A DNA stretch of 64,000 nt from positions 3,629-67,628 of the forward strand of contig JBMFIF010000003.1 of NCBI GenBank assembly GCA_049976445.1. The letters run 5' to 3'. Position 1 is the stretch's first letter. Each line of letters starts with the position of its first letter. Origin of the DNA: Thermoprotei archaeon. Lineage in GTDB: Archaea; Thermoproteota; Thermoprotei; Gearchaeales; WAQG01. A program made the position numbers and the translations under genes. Positions 49,712 through 59,622 of this stretch are shown one piece after another. A model generated the notes under the pieces. It had not been told where the DNA came from, made no database searches, and was given only the letters and a program-made list of their open reading frames with translations.

Positions 49712-50662
49712 ATGAGTTCGAGTGATGTGCTTCGTGAGGAGGTTAAAGATATTAAGTTGGGAAGTAATTTGAGTGTTTATGATTTGGTTAGAGAGTTGGG
49801 TTCTGCTGGTGGGTTTATGGCTACTCATCTTTATGAGGCTGCTGAGATATTGTATGAAATGAGTAATGATAAGGATTGTTATAGGATAATATCATTTACT
49901 GGGAATCTTATTTCTACTGGTTTACGCGGTGTGATAGCTAAAATGATTGGTGATGGTTTGTTTGATGCAATAATAACTACTGGTGGCGCGCTTGATCATG
50001 ATGTTGCTAGGGGTTTTGGCGGTAAGTATTATAAGGGTTTCTTTAATGCGGATGATGTAATGCTTTTTGAGCTTAATATTCATAGGCTTGGTAATGTGTT
50101 TATTCCTGTTGAGAGTTATGGTCCTTTGATAGAGAAGGTTATTTTTAGTATTCTTGATAGTTTGCCTGAAGGAGAATACTCACCTTCTAGAATAGCGTAT
50201 GAAATTGGGAAGCGTATGAATGATGAATATTCATTTTTGCGTCAAGCTTATTTGAGAAATGTTCCAGTTTATGTACCTGGTATTGTTGATTCAGCTGTGG
50301 GCACTCAACTTTTCTTTTATTCTCAAACTCGAAAGATTAAGTTAAACATGTTCGAGGATATGAAACGTATACTTGATAGTATTTTTGAAGCGAAGAAGCT
50401 AGGAGCTTTGATAATTGGTGGTGGGATTAGTAAGCATCATACAATATGGTGGGCTCAGTTTAAGGATGGATTAAATTATAGTGTATATGTGACTACTGCA
50501 TCTGAATATGATGGAAGTTTATCTGGTGCTCAACCTCGTGAAGCAATCACGTGGGGTAAAATAAATCCTAAAGCAAAACATATAACTCTATATTGTGATG
50601 CTACTATATGTTTACCTATAATTGCGCAGTATGTTTTTGAGAAAAAAGTTAGAGGTGTTTAA
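49712..50662 (+). CDS. dys: deoxyhypusine synthase
   Basis: 316 aa. DHS signature regions (TGGALDHDV..., IIGGGISKHH). Confidence 0.8.
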   Translation: MSSSDVLREEVKDIKLGSNLSVYDLVRELGSAGGFMATHLYEAAEILYEMSNDKDCYRIISFTGNLISTGLRGVIAKMIGDGLFDAIITTGGALDHDVARGFGGKYYKGFFNADDVMLFELNIHRLGNVFIPVESYGPLIEKVIFSILDSLPEGEYSPSRIAYEIGKRMNDEYSFLRQAYLRNVPVYVPGIVDSAVGTQLFFYSQTRKIKLNMFEDMKRILDSIFEAKKLGALIIGGGISKHHTIWWAQFKDGLNYSVYVTTASEYDGSLSGAQPREAITWGKINPKAKHITLYCDATICLPIIAQYVFEKKVRGV

Positions 50663-50663
50663 G

Positions 50664-52022
50664 ATGGCAAAACTGTTTGGAACGAACGGTGTTAGGGGTG
50701 TTGTGAACCTAGAATTGACACCAAAATTTATTAGAGATATGAGTAGGGCAATAGGTACATTTTTTAAAGGTAAAACTATTCTTGTTGGTATTGATGCCAG
50801 GGTTACCAGCAGAATGATAAGGGATATCGTTATTCCTTCACTTATTGATAGTGGTGTGAGTGTTTATGATGGTGGTCTTGCTCCTACACCTGCGCATCAG
50901 TATGCAGTTAAGTATTATAATTTAGATGGTGGTGTGGTTATTACTGCTAGTCATAATCCACCGGAATATAATGGGTTAAAAGTGCTAGGAGAAAAGGGTA
51001 TGGAGCTTCCTCATGAATATGAAGACTTTATTGAAGAAATATATTATAAAAAGAACTTTGTTCAGGGAGTCGGCCATTTTTCTGGTATGTTAGATGTTAT
51101 AAAACCATATATTAATAATATTTTATCACTTATAGATTCTAGTAGTGTTCGTGAACGTAAATTCAAAATTGTTACTGATACTATCAGCAGTGTTGCCGGA
51201 CTTACAGTTCCTTTATTATTAAAAGAGTTGAATGTTGGAATGATTAGTATAAATGGACAATTGGATGGGGCTTTTTCTTCCCGTAATCCAGAGCCGTTAC
51301 CAGATAATTTACAAAATCTCGGTAGATTTGTAAAATCATGTAAATGTGATTTTGGTGTAGCGTTTGATGGTGATGCTGACAGATCAATTTTCATTAGTGA
51401 TGAGGGTGAGGTTGTTTGGGGTGATAGATCAGGAGCTTTACTTGCTGAACACTCTATGAGAAAACATGGGAAGGGAGTTTTAGTTGTTGGTGTAAGCGCG
51501 TCACGGGTTGTTGAATATCCTATTAAGAAGTTGGGAGGAGAAGTGTTATGGACTAAGGTTGGAAGTGTGATAATAACACATAAGATACTTGAATTGGAGT
51601 CTAAAGGAATACGAGCATTTGGATTAGAGGAGAATGGAGGGTTTTTTTATACTCCACATCAACCTGCTAGGGATGGAACTATGAGTCTTGCTTTAATGCT
51701 AGAAGCGTTGTCAGGGATGAATATCACTCTTTCAGAATATAATAATAGTTTACCGAGACTTTTTATGGCTAAAGATAAGTTACCATGTCCGAATGAGAAA
51801 AAATCATATGCTATTGAACGAATTATCAGATATTATTCATCATTAGGCTATGAATATGATACTATAGATGGTATTAGAGTGTGGTTTAATGAGAATGAAT
51901 GGATATTGGTAAGACCAAGTGGTACTGAACCATTTTTACGTGTTTTTGCTGAATCTACTGATCCGGAAAAAACTAAAGATCTATTAGCTAAGACAAAATT
52001 AGAGGTTTCTAAATTAGTTTGA
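50664..52022 (+). CDS. phosphohexomutase (phosphoglucosamine mutase / phosphomannomutase family)
   Basis: FGTNGVRG N-terminus, active-site TASHNPPEYNGLK and metal-binding DGDADR. Confidence 0.85.
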   Translation: MAKLFGTNGVRGVVNLELTPKFIRDMSRAIGTFFKGKTILVGIDARVTSRMIRDIVIPSLIDSGVSVYDGGLAPTPAHQYAVKYYNLDGGVVITASHNPPEYNGLKVLGEKGMELPHEYEDFIEEIYYKKNFVQGVGHFSGMLDVIKPYINNILSLIDSSSVRERKFKIVTDTISSVAGLTVPLLLKELNVGMISINGQLDGAFSSRNPEPLPDNLQNLGRFVKSCKCDFGVAFDGDADRSIFISDEGEVVWGDRSGALLAEHSMRKHGKGVLVVGVSASRVVEYPIKKLGGEVLWTKVGSVIITHKILELESKGIRAFGLEENGGFFYTPHQPARDGTMSLALMLEALSGMNITLSEYNNSLPRLFMAKDKLPCPNEKKSYAIERIIRYYSSLGYEYDTIDGIRVWFNENEWILVRPSGTEPFLRVFAESTDPEKTKDLLAKTKLEVSKLV

Positions 52023-52033
52023 GGAAAGTGAAC

Positions 52034-52858
52034 ATGAGGAAATTTGAATGTGATGTTCTTTTTCTTTCATCTGAAATTGATGAAGCTAGTGTTAATATAA
52101 AAAAGAAACTTATTGAAAAATATGGATTTGTTGAAAAAGGAGAATTTAATAGTATACCATTGTATGTCAAAGATGATATGATTATTTTGACAATTAGTAG
52201 TGAACACATATACTTTGACATATTAGAAGAGTTTGTTAAAGCAAATTTAGTTATAGTGTTAAGTAAACATACATCACAAAGTAATATACCTGCATTAACA
52301 GCGCATTTCACAGGTAATTGGGGGAATTCAAACAGTTATGGAGGTAAGCCTAGGACTTTGTCTATTGCTCCAGCTTCAAAACTCAAGGTTGCGTTAAATA
52401 TAATGAAAAAATTGGCAAAAGAGTTTTCGTTAGATTGGAATGTTTCAATGGAAGTGACTCACCATGGTCCTACATTAAAAAATACTCCTATAATGTTTGT
52501 CGAGATAGGAAGTACTTCTCAACAATGGAAAGACCCTGTAGCAGCTGAAATCGTTGCAACGAGTGCTATTGTTGCTGCTGAATCTAATAATATTTTTGAT
52601 ACTATTGTAGGTTTTGGAGGTTCACACTATGCGCCAAGGTTTAATCATTACATTTTTGAGACAAATTTTGCAGTAGGTCATGTAGCTCCAGAATATGTTT
52701 TTAATGATATCACAGAGAATGAAATATTATTAGCTTTTGAGCGTACATTTGAAAAGACAAAGACTGCTGTTATAGATTGGAAAGGTTTAAAAGGATCTTA
52801 TCGGTCATTTCTTATAGATATTTTGAATCGTAATGGAATGAATGTTATTAGAGCGTAG
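52034..52858 (+). CDS. D-aminoacyl-tRNA deacylase, archaeal type (DtdA/DTD2-like)
   Basis: ~270 aa with an EVTHHGP motif recalled from the DTD2 family. ATG at 52034 is preceded by GAGG. Confidence 0.45.
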   Translation: MRKFECDVLFLSSEIDEASVNIKKKLIEKYGFVEKGEFNSIPLYVKDDMIILTISSEHIYFDILEEFVKANLVIVLSKHTSQSNIPALTAHFTGNWGNSNSYGGKPRTLSIAPASKLKVALNIMKKLAKEFSLDWNVSMEVTHHGPTLKNTPIMFVEIGSTSQQWKDPVAAEIVATSAIVAAESNNIFDTIVGFGGSHYAPRFNHYIFETNFAVGHVAPEYVFNDITENEILLAFERTFEKTKTAVIDWKGLKGSYRSFLIDILNRNGMNVIRA

Positions 52859-52962
52859 CATTTTCGGTGTACTCTCAGACTACTATTCTTATGTATATTC
52901 ATGTATGCATTTTTTTAGCTTTGTTATTTTATATTATGAATCATTAATATTAAGGGAGAATT

Positions 52963-54012
52963 GTGAATAATCTAAATGTAGAAGGTGGAGTTTGCGATAA
53001 GTGTGGAGGTAAGATTATAAAGACTCCAGAAGGAGAATTCGTGTGTTCAGAGTGTGGACTAGTGAAAGGCCATGAGTTTGCAGAGCCTAATTACACAATT
53101 GCACCAATGAAAAGTGATCATGTAGGTTATGTTTCTCATGTTTATGCTGATAATATGTCATTAATTTATGGAGTTGGAAGTAATATAAGTCGTAGGAGTA
53201 CGAAAAAGAATTTTAACAAGTCATCCATGGGAACCTTAATTACTCATGATAAAAAGATCAAGTTAGAGAAAACTAAGCAAATTATTGAAAAAAGAATACT
53301 CAATTCTATGGAATTTGTTGCATCTCGTCTTAATATTCCTGATGATGTTCTTAGACGTTCTATTATAATATATGCAAAGACTATTAGAATTATGAAAAAG
53401 GATAAAAAACGAATTCCAGGTGTTAATAAATATGCGCTCTCTGCTGCTTCATTAATTGCAGCTATATGGGAAGCAGGCAATATTAAACCATTTACGTTGG
53501 TTGAAATAGCTAGTTTTTATAGAGAACTTGGGCATCGTGTAGATAGCCGTAATATTGCATGGGCATTAATACAGACAAGAAAAATAATACAACGGAATAT
53601 AACAATTAAGGAAAGAATAAGAGTTTATATAGACCGAATAACAGCGATGTTATACTCTAATACTTTTATACGCATAAAAATACGATACATGCGCAATAAG
53701 ATAAATCTAAGTACTTATGTTCAAAAGATCAAGGAAAGAGCATTAAAAATTCTAGATTCACTTGATCAAAACGTATATCAAAGTAAAAATCCATATATAA
53801 TAGCAGCTTCATTAGTTTATATTTCAGAAAAAATGTTAGCTTCCGAGTTAAAATTTCGTTCTCTTCTTTCACATAAAGTTCTTTCAATAACTATCGGGAT
53901 TTCAGATTATTCAATTAGAGATAATGTACAAGCAATACTATCTTACCTAGGTATAAAAATTGATCTATCTTCTAGAGGAATTATAAGAAGTGCATACCCT
54001 AACGTATCATAA
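52963..54012 (+). CDS. divergent TFIIB-like paralog (zinc ribbon + two cyclin-like folds)
   Basis: CDKCGGKIIKTPEGEFVCSECG zinc ribbon. Cyclin-like segments (ALSAASLIAAIWEAG..., IIAASLVYISEK...). Much more divergent than the canonical tfb at 32760. GTG start. Confidence 0.6.
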   Translation: MNNLNVEGGVCDKCGGKIIKTPEGEFVCSECGLVKGHEFAEPNYTIAPMKSDHVGYVSHVYADNMSLIYGVGSNISRRSTKKNFNKSSMGTLITHDKKIKLEKTKQIIEKRILNSMEFVASRLNIPDDVLRRSIIIYAKTIRIMKKDKKRIPGVNKYALSAASLIAAIWEAGNIKPFTLVEIASFYRELGHRVDSRNIAWALIQTRKIIQRNITIKERIRVYIDRITAMLYSNTFIRIKIRYMRNKINLSTYVQKIKERALKILDSLDQNVYQSKNPYIIAASLVYISEKMLASELKFRSLLSHKVLSITIGISDYSIRDNVQAILSYLGIKIDLSSRGIIRSAYPNVS

Positions 54013-54422
54013 ATCCTAATAATAATTTTATAGAAAATTCCTATATAATTACTTATTATAACATTTATTTTTATTGTTTCTATCTTAATAATTATAATAT
54101 CGTTATCATCTATTAATGAGTTATTATAAAAATTGATGGCAGAAACTATGAGCAATACGAATCCCTCCTTAATTTCAGTAAGATTAGTAAAAGAATTTGT
54201 GTACACTATTCTTGTTAGATAATTCTTGGTGTTTATTTTTATATTGTTTATTATGGAGTATGATTCTAAATAAATAATTTTTCTTACATACATTTCATCA
54301 TAAATTGGACGCAGTTTGGTGTATTCTGATTGCATATTAAACATGACTAGTACTAGGAAAAGGATTTGTAAAGTCACTATGACCGCTTTTTGATTTCTAT
54401 GTATTACCATAGATTTCAACAT
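53943..54422 (-). CDS. small N-terminally anchored protein (pilin-like/minor filament component candidate)
   Basis: Short N-terminus then hydrophobic helix AVIVTLQILFLVLVMF, then a beta-rich I/N/Y-rich domain. Extremely AT-rich codon usage. The track ORF overlaps the TFB-like gene 3' end, so the true start is uncertain. Confidence 0.3.
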   Translation of the reverse strand: MLKSMVIHRNQKAVIVTLQILFLVLVMFNMQSEYTKLRPIYDEMYVRKIIYLESYSIINNIKINTKNYLTRIVYTNSFTNLTEIKEGFVLLIVSAINFYNNSLIDDNDIIIIKIETIKINVIISNYIGIFYKIIIRIYDTLGYALLIIPLEDRSIFIPR

Positions 54423-54762
54423 TTATATCACCACATGATATGGAAATTACTGGAATTTGCACATGTTTCTCATTACTTTTAATTATTATTTCGATGTGAT
54501 CATTACTGTTTATAATTTTTATTGGATACTGCATATCTAATAACTTGAGTATCTCATTTAGCGTAATATTTTTGCATTGAAAGAGTTTTTCATTGTGTAG
54601 AATTTTTTGTTGCAGTATAAAATATTTATAATAATTTTGAAATACTTCTTGTTTGTTAGATAATGTCTGTGGTGTTATATATGTTATTGTTATTGTGGTG
54701 AGGAGTAGAAGTGATATAATTAAGTCTAAAATAGGTATTGAATCAATGTTCATAGTAATCAC
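54397..54762 (-). CDS. small N-terminally anchored protein
   Basis: MNIDSIPILDLIISLLLLTTITITYI hydrophobic N-terminus and a ~90-aa soluble tail. Confidence 0.3.
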   Translation of the reverse strand: MITMNIDSIPILDLIISLLLLTTITITYITPQTLSNKQEVFQNYYKYFILQQKILHNEKLFQCKNITLNEILKLLDMQYPIKIINSNDHIEIIIKSNEKHVQIPVISISCGDINVEIYGNT

Positions 54763-54906
54763 TTAATCTAATAATATTAGCTAATGAGCTGTTCTGTATA
54801 TCACTTATCAATGAATTGACAATATTAATTTGTATAGTAATTAAGTATATGAGTTGTATAAATATTAAAAGAAACAATATAATTATCAGTATAATATTTT
54901 CTGTCA

Positions 54907-55284
54907 TTAACCCTCACTCACTACTATATAGTTATCTATGTACGAAAATGTATAGTGTTTGTTGGTTTCTAATATAATTTTCTTAAATTTCACATCAGAC
55001 TTAAAAGTAAATGACATGGAGTTTATATTAATTATTATGGAGTTATCTTCTAAATATATTAAAATATTATTGGTGAAGGATTTTATTGAAATTTTAATAC
55101 TTGCATTTAAGGTTTCTGCCAGATAACCTGCATCATTAACTTGAGAATAAATTGCTACTGCTTCTGTTTTTGCTATTGTCATGTAAAGCGAGTTTATGCT
55201 GATGGTGTTTATTAATATGAGAATTGTTGATAAAGAGATCCATGCAATTATATCCATGTAGGATTGAATTAAGCGTTCTGGCAT
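54907..55284 (-). CDS. small N-terminally anchored protein
   Basis: MDIIAWISLSTILILINTISI hydrophobic N-terminus and a ~95-aa beta-rich tail. Divergent from the plus-strand operon that starts at 55366. Confidence 0.3.
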   Translation of the reverse strand: MPERLIQSYMDIIAWISLSTILILINTISINSLYMTIAKTEAVAIYSQVNDAGYLAETLNASIKISIKSFTNNILIYLEDNSIIININSMSFTFKSDVKFKKIILETNKHYTFSYIDNYIVVSEG

Positions 55285-55365
55285 TAATTCTCGTAAGTAT
55301 CTGTCAATTACTAATTTTAAGGATACAAGAGGTGTTTTTAGGTATTTTTATCTTAAAATAATGGT

Positions 55366-55602
55366 ATGAATGTTAGTAAGAGTGATATATTGGTTTGGGG
55401 GTTACGCATAATTTTTGATGAGCTAAAGGAAATACAGAGTAAATTGACAGAGTTAGAAGATAGAGTACGTTCTTTAGAGGATTTGACTACTAGTTCGCTT
55501 ATGTTGACATCAATTTATCGTATTGAATATGTTAAGTGGTATACTATCTATGTGTCTAAGATTGAGGATAAGCTTATGGAGGCTAGAATTTCATGTCGAT
55601 GA
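55366..55602 (+). CDS. small coiled-coil protein
   Basis: 78 aa with a heptad-like central region. First gene of the plus-strand operon. Confidence 0.3.
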   Translation: MNVSKSDILVWGLRIIFDELKEIQSKLTELEDRVRSLEDLTTSSLMLTSIYRIEYVKWYTIYVSKIEDKLMEARISCR

Positions 55603-55991
55603 GAGTTACTCTTGAAGATTTAGCTTTACTTATGGTTAAGAAAGGTGTTTCTCCAGATACTGTTAAAGAACTTTTAACAGAACTAGGAGCTACAAAGGAA
55701 CGTATAGATAAAATTATGGATACTCTTCCGAAATCAGAAATCGTTGAAGAAAAGAAAAGTAAAATTAATGAAATAAATCAGGATAGAATTGCAAAAGAAT
55801 TGATGGCACTATCATTTGAGGTTGTTAAAATTAAGAGTAATGTAGAAATACATAAATCAAGGATAGAGGGACTAGAAACTCGTATTTCAAGTCTGGAAGC
55901 TCGTTTTGAGGCTCTCTCAAACATTCTAGTAGAATATGCTCCATTTCTTTTCAAGAGGGATAAGGATAATGCTAAATCAAATGTGCAGTAA
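55593..55991 (+). CDS. coiled-coil protein
   Basis: 132 aa. Helical, heptad-rich C-terminal 60 aa. Overlaps its neighbours. Confidence 0.35.
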   Translation: MSMRVTLEDLALLMVKKGVSPDTVKELLTELGATKERIDKIMDTLPKSEIVEEKKSKINEINQDRIAKELMALSFEVVKIKSNVEIHKSRIEGLETRISSLEARFEALSNILVEYAPFLFKRDKDNAKSNVQ

Positions 55992-57675
55992 GTCATGCAA
56001 AATTGTGGATGAAGGTAGCACATTACGAGTTTACTGTCCTCATGATTTTCATGTTTTTGGTCTTGAAACAAATAGAGAATGCAGAGAAAAGGTCTTTTCA
56101 TCTATATCTGATAATACTTTTTCAATAATAATGGAAAATGGAATTATTAACAAGACTTATAAGAAAAATGTTAAAGAATTATTTAATTATATCTCATTGA
56201 TTAATATTCACTTTGATAAGATCAAAATGCAGAATATTTCTAAAGATGAATTAATTTATGATCCTGTATTATTACGTTCAGCATATTCCTCTAATGATCT
56301 TATGAAAACTTGGATTTATAAACGTTCACCATTTTTTAGAGAACTTACTGATTACTTTGCAATGAACTATACTGATCACGAAATTTATGAATGGTTATTT
56401 GAACCATACGTGGATTATTGCAATGGATTTAGATCCATAATAGACTCTGAAAGGATAAATGTATATGATGTGAATGTAGGTTTTGTGAATATTTATGATC
56501 ATGACAGTCACTGTTTTTATATAGTTGATGAGGTTTCTAGAAAACCTAATGCTCAAGATTTTTTAGAAAAAATGTTGTGGTTAATCGTAACTAAAAGTAA
56601 CAATTTGAGTAAGATCATGGTACCTTTATATGATAATCATGTTCAAGAGATGTATTTAGATGGAGAGGATAAGTTTATTTATTTGGATCATGAAGAGTAC
56701 GGTAGATGTTCTACTAACATATTTATTACGCATCCTGATATTGAAAGAGTAAAGACTTACGCTAGTATTATAGGTAAAGGCAATGTTAGTCTATCAAATC
56801 CATCATTAAAAATGGATATTACACTCAATGGTATTCCTCATAGGTTTTCTTTAGATTCGCCACCGTTAGTTCTAGCAACATCATTAAACATTAGAAATTT
56901 AACTGTACAATATATGAACATACAAAAGCTAATAAAATCTGATACTATAACGGCAGAAGCTATGGCATATCTTATTTTTCTTGCTATGAATAGACTGAAT
57001 ATTGTAATTTGTGGAGAACCAAATAGCGGTAAAACAACTCTTGCAAATGTTATTGATTCAGAATTACCAAAAATTTGGCGTAGGATTTATATTGAAGATG
57101 TTGTAGAAAGTCTTAATTTAAAAGATAAAGATGTTCATCAAATAAAAATCCAAACAACACCCTTTGAGCAAGGAGCTAAGGTTTTTAGAAAGAGTACTGA
57201 AATAGTTAAGTTATTGCATAGGTCACCAGATTGGATTTACTTAGGTGAGATACAAACAAAGGAACATACAAAAGCTATGTTTCACGCATTTTCGATGGGT
57301 TTAAAAGGCATAGCTACAACTCATGCAGCATCTATTGAAGGACTTTTTTACAGATGGACAAAACATTATATGATTGATCCAAATAGTATACGGCTCATTA
57401 ATGTAATCGTTTTAATGGAACGTGAAATCACAAATTCAGGTAAAATTATAAGATATGTGAAAAATATTGCAGAAATTGATAATAATAGTAATCCTATAAT
57501 CATTTTTAACAGAGTTAATGGTAAGCTTGTTAGAACTATAAATTCGCTGTTTGATTCACAAAATATAAAGAATCTAATAATGAACGGAAAAAGCTATGAA
57601 GAAATTAAAACTCTTCTTCTTAATATTTTAAATAAGATTAATGGAGGTATTATAGATGAAGAAATCTACCAATAA
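55969..57675 (+). CDS. secretion-system ATPase (VirB11/FlaI/TadA family) with a ~330-aa N-terminal extension
   Basis: Walker A ICGEPNSGKTT, Walker B/Asp box WIYLGEIQTKE and His box ATTHAAS in the C-terminal third. Possible starts at 55936, 55969 or 55984. Confidence 0.75.
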   Translation: MLNQMCSKSCKIVDEGSTLRVYCPHDFHVFGLETNRECREKVFSSISDNTFSIIMENGIINKTYKKNVKELFNYISLINIHFDKIKMQNISKDELIYDPVLLRSAYSSNDLMKTWIYKRSPFFRELTDYFAMNYTDHEIYEWLFEPYVDYCNGFRSIIDSERINVYDVNVGFVNIYDHDSHCFYIVDEVSRKPNAQDFLEKMLWLIVTKSNNLSKIMVPLYDNHVQEMYLDGEDKFIYLDHEEYGRCSTNIFITHPDIERVKTYASIIGKGNVSLSNPSLKMDITLNGIPHRFSLDSPPLVLATSLNIRNLTVQYMNIQKLIKSDTITAEAMAYLIFLAMNRLNIVICGEPNSGKTTLANVIDSELPKIWRRIYIEDVVESLNLKDKDVHQIKIQTTPFEQGAKVFRKSTEIVKLLHRSPDWIYLGEIQTKEHTKAMFHAFSMGLKGIATTHAASIEGLFYRWTKHYMIDPNSIRLINVIVLMEREITNSGKIIRYVKNIAEIDNNSNPIIIFNRVNGKLVRTINSLFDSQNIKNLIMNGKSYEEIKTLLLNILNKINGGIIDEEIYQ

Positions 57676-58183
57676 GATAAACAAGGTCACTATTAACGAA
57701 GGATCATTTCTTGCATTGATTTCACTCATGTTACAAATTAGAGATACAAGGTCTATGTTAGAGCGTATTAAAAATTATTATCTTTTAGACAGAGATCGAC
57801 AATTTCTAGTGGAAAAAATTAGTGAGGGACATGATCCAATTAAAGTACTTAATTCTATTAGCGTATTTAATAATTTAGACGTGACTTCGACTTATCTTAA
57901 TTTGTACTCTTCACACGGTATAACATCTACTGAACGTTATAATGTCCAAGAATTAGCATTCCTAAAAACTTCAGGGTATTTAAAAGATCTTACTAATAAA
58001 CTTACATTGCGTATTCTCGTTATTACATTTTTAAGTTACATTGTGCCTGTTGCATTAGCAATTTTTTCTATTAAATATGGGCTGATAGGTACAATATTAT
58101 TTTTAGGCATTTTAATTATATTTACGACTTATATATCCTTAGATACTAAGAGAATGATTCTTCTGCTGAGGGATGTTAAATGA
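57656..58183 (+). CDS. half-size platform-like membrane protein (TadB/EpdJ-like candidate)
   Basis: ~110-aa soluble helical N-terminal domain followed by 2 TM helices. Gene order ATPase-membrane-membrane. Confidence 0.4.
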   Translation: MKKSTNKINKVTINEGSFLALISLMLQIRDTRSMLERIKNYYLLDRDRQFLVEKISEGHDPIKVLNSISVFNNLDVTSTYLNLYSSHGITSTERYNVQELAFLKTSGYLKDLTNKLTLRILVITFLSYIVPVALAIFSIKYGLIGTILFLGILIIFTTYISLDTKRMILLLRDVK

Positions 58184-58779
58184 ATGATGAAATTGAAGAG
58201 TTGATGATTTATTTAAACCAAAATAGTACATTAGGTCTTGGTAAAGCACTGATGTCATATAAGCCTAGGAATAAATCCATTAAGAAAATTTATGATACTA
58301 TTATTAATATGATGTTGTTAAAAGGTCATGAACCGCAACATGTTATTAGTTATGCATCTTATTTATTACCCAGAGGAACTTTTTTGAACTATAATGTGCA
58401 AAATATAATTATTGGTGATCGTTCAGCAATATCTCGTAATATTAATTCTATTATAATTTCACGAAAAATACAGGAAATATACAGAGATTTTGAGTTGTGG
58501 TTATCATCTATGAAGATGAAAACATTTTTATTAACTATTATGAGCTCAATATTTTTAGCTGCTATGTCAAGATTACCTTTTATTTTAATTAGCAAGATTG
58601 AACATTATTCAGATTGGTTTAATTTTGTTCCATTTCTTTATGGATTTTTATGCATTACACTTGCTTTTCTTTCCTCAAACATTTATGGTGAAAAGCGTTT
58701 TACATTATTAATATCTTTACTTTCATTATTTTCCTATACAATTATGATGATAATAATCAATACACTATTTAAAATCTAA
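58180..58779 (+). CDS. half-size platform-like membrane protein (TadC/EpdK-like candidate)
   Basis: ~110-aa soluble N-terminal domain followed by 3 TM helices. 4-nt overlap with the upstream gene. Confidence 0.4.
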   Translation: MNDEIEELMIYLNQNSTLGLGKALMSYKPRNKSIKKIYDTIINMMLLKGHEPQHVISYASYLLPRGTFLNYNVQNIIIGDRSAISRNINSIIISRKIQEIYRDFELWLSSMKMKTFLLTIMSSIFLAAMSRLPFILISKIEHYSDWFNFVPFLYGFLCITLAFLSSNIYGEKRFTLLISLLSLFSYTIMMIIINTLFKI

Positions 58780-58825
58780 TTATGATTTAAATTTGTATTT
58801 AACTAAATTATCATGGTGAAAAATA

Positions 58826-59071
58826 ATGATAAAAAAGTTGTATAGTCTGATAAGAAATCGTAAAGCATCTCCACTAGTAGAAGAAGGTATGCTTCTGGGT
58901 TTAGCAGCTATAACGTTTACAGTAATTCTTAGTATCGTTTCTAATATTATTACCTCAGTACAAAACTCATCAGCTTCAATGTCATCGTCACTAAGTTCAG
59001 GTTTTACTAATTTTCTTAATCAATTAGCTGAGATACTTAATCAAATTGCAAGAGCACTAGGTATTAAGTGA
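58826..59071 (+). CDS. Flp/Epd-like mini-pilin candidate
   Basis: 81 aa: charged leader MIKKLYSLIRNRKA, then SPLVEEGMLLGLAAITFTVILSIVS, a hydrophobic helix with Glu at about +5 from a putative KA/S cleavage site. S-rich C-terminus. Confidence 0.45.
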   Translation: MIKKLYSLIRNRKASPLVEEGMLLGLAAITFTVILSIVSNIITSVQNSSASMSSSLSSGFTNFLNQLAEILNQIARALGIK

Positions 59072-59622
59072 ATATTATGATGTATGGTAAGGATGATATA
59101 ATTACTCTTTTTTCTTTATTAATTATAATTACAATAACTTTACGTTGGATAATTCAGTATATTACTTTTTTATCATATACGTTTTATCAATGGTTAATAA
59201 TATCATTTGCAATCGTTATACTAATTATCGTAATTTTAAAGCTTCTAAACAAAAACAAATTGCATGAATATGCTAAAAAACATAGCCTAATTTTAAGAAC
59301 ATACAATAAAAATCAGTATGTTTTTTCTGTAAATAAGTTAAGTATGTTAACTAATAACATTCAACCAAGTGATGAGAATCTTTTACAATTATCATCACAG
59401 CTTTTGACATTTCAATTACTTTTTTCTTTAATAATTGTGCCAACAAACGATAACGCTGAATTATATTTAATTGTATCGAAGCCAGTTAAAAATCGTTCAG
59501 ATATAGATAATTTCATTGATCAATTATCAAGTATAAAGGCTGTCTTTCATGCATACCTTGGATATGTAATTACAAATGAGCACGAAAAAGTGATGAAGAA
59601 TGAACTCCCAATACCATTCTAA
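59068..59622 (+). CDS. membrane-anchored protein (2 N-terminal TM helices + ~120-aa soluble domain)
   Basis: 184-aa ORF. 4-nt overlap with the mini-pilin gene. Confidence 0.3.
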   Translation: MNIMMYGKDDIITLFSLLIIITITLRWIIQYITFLSYTFYQWLIISFAIVILIIVILKLLNKNKLHEYAKKHSLILRTYNKNQYVFSVNKLSMLTNNIQPSDENLLQLSSQLLTFQLLFSLIIVPTNDNAELYLIVSKPVKNRSDIDNFIDQLSSIKAVFHAYLGYVITNEHEKVMKNELPIPF

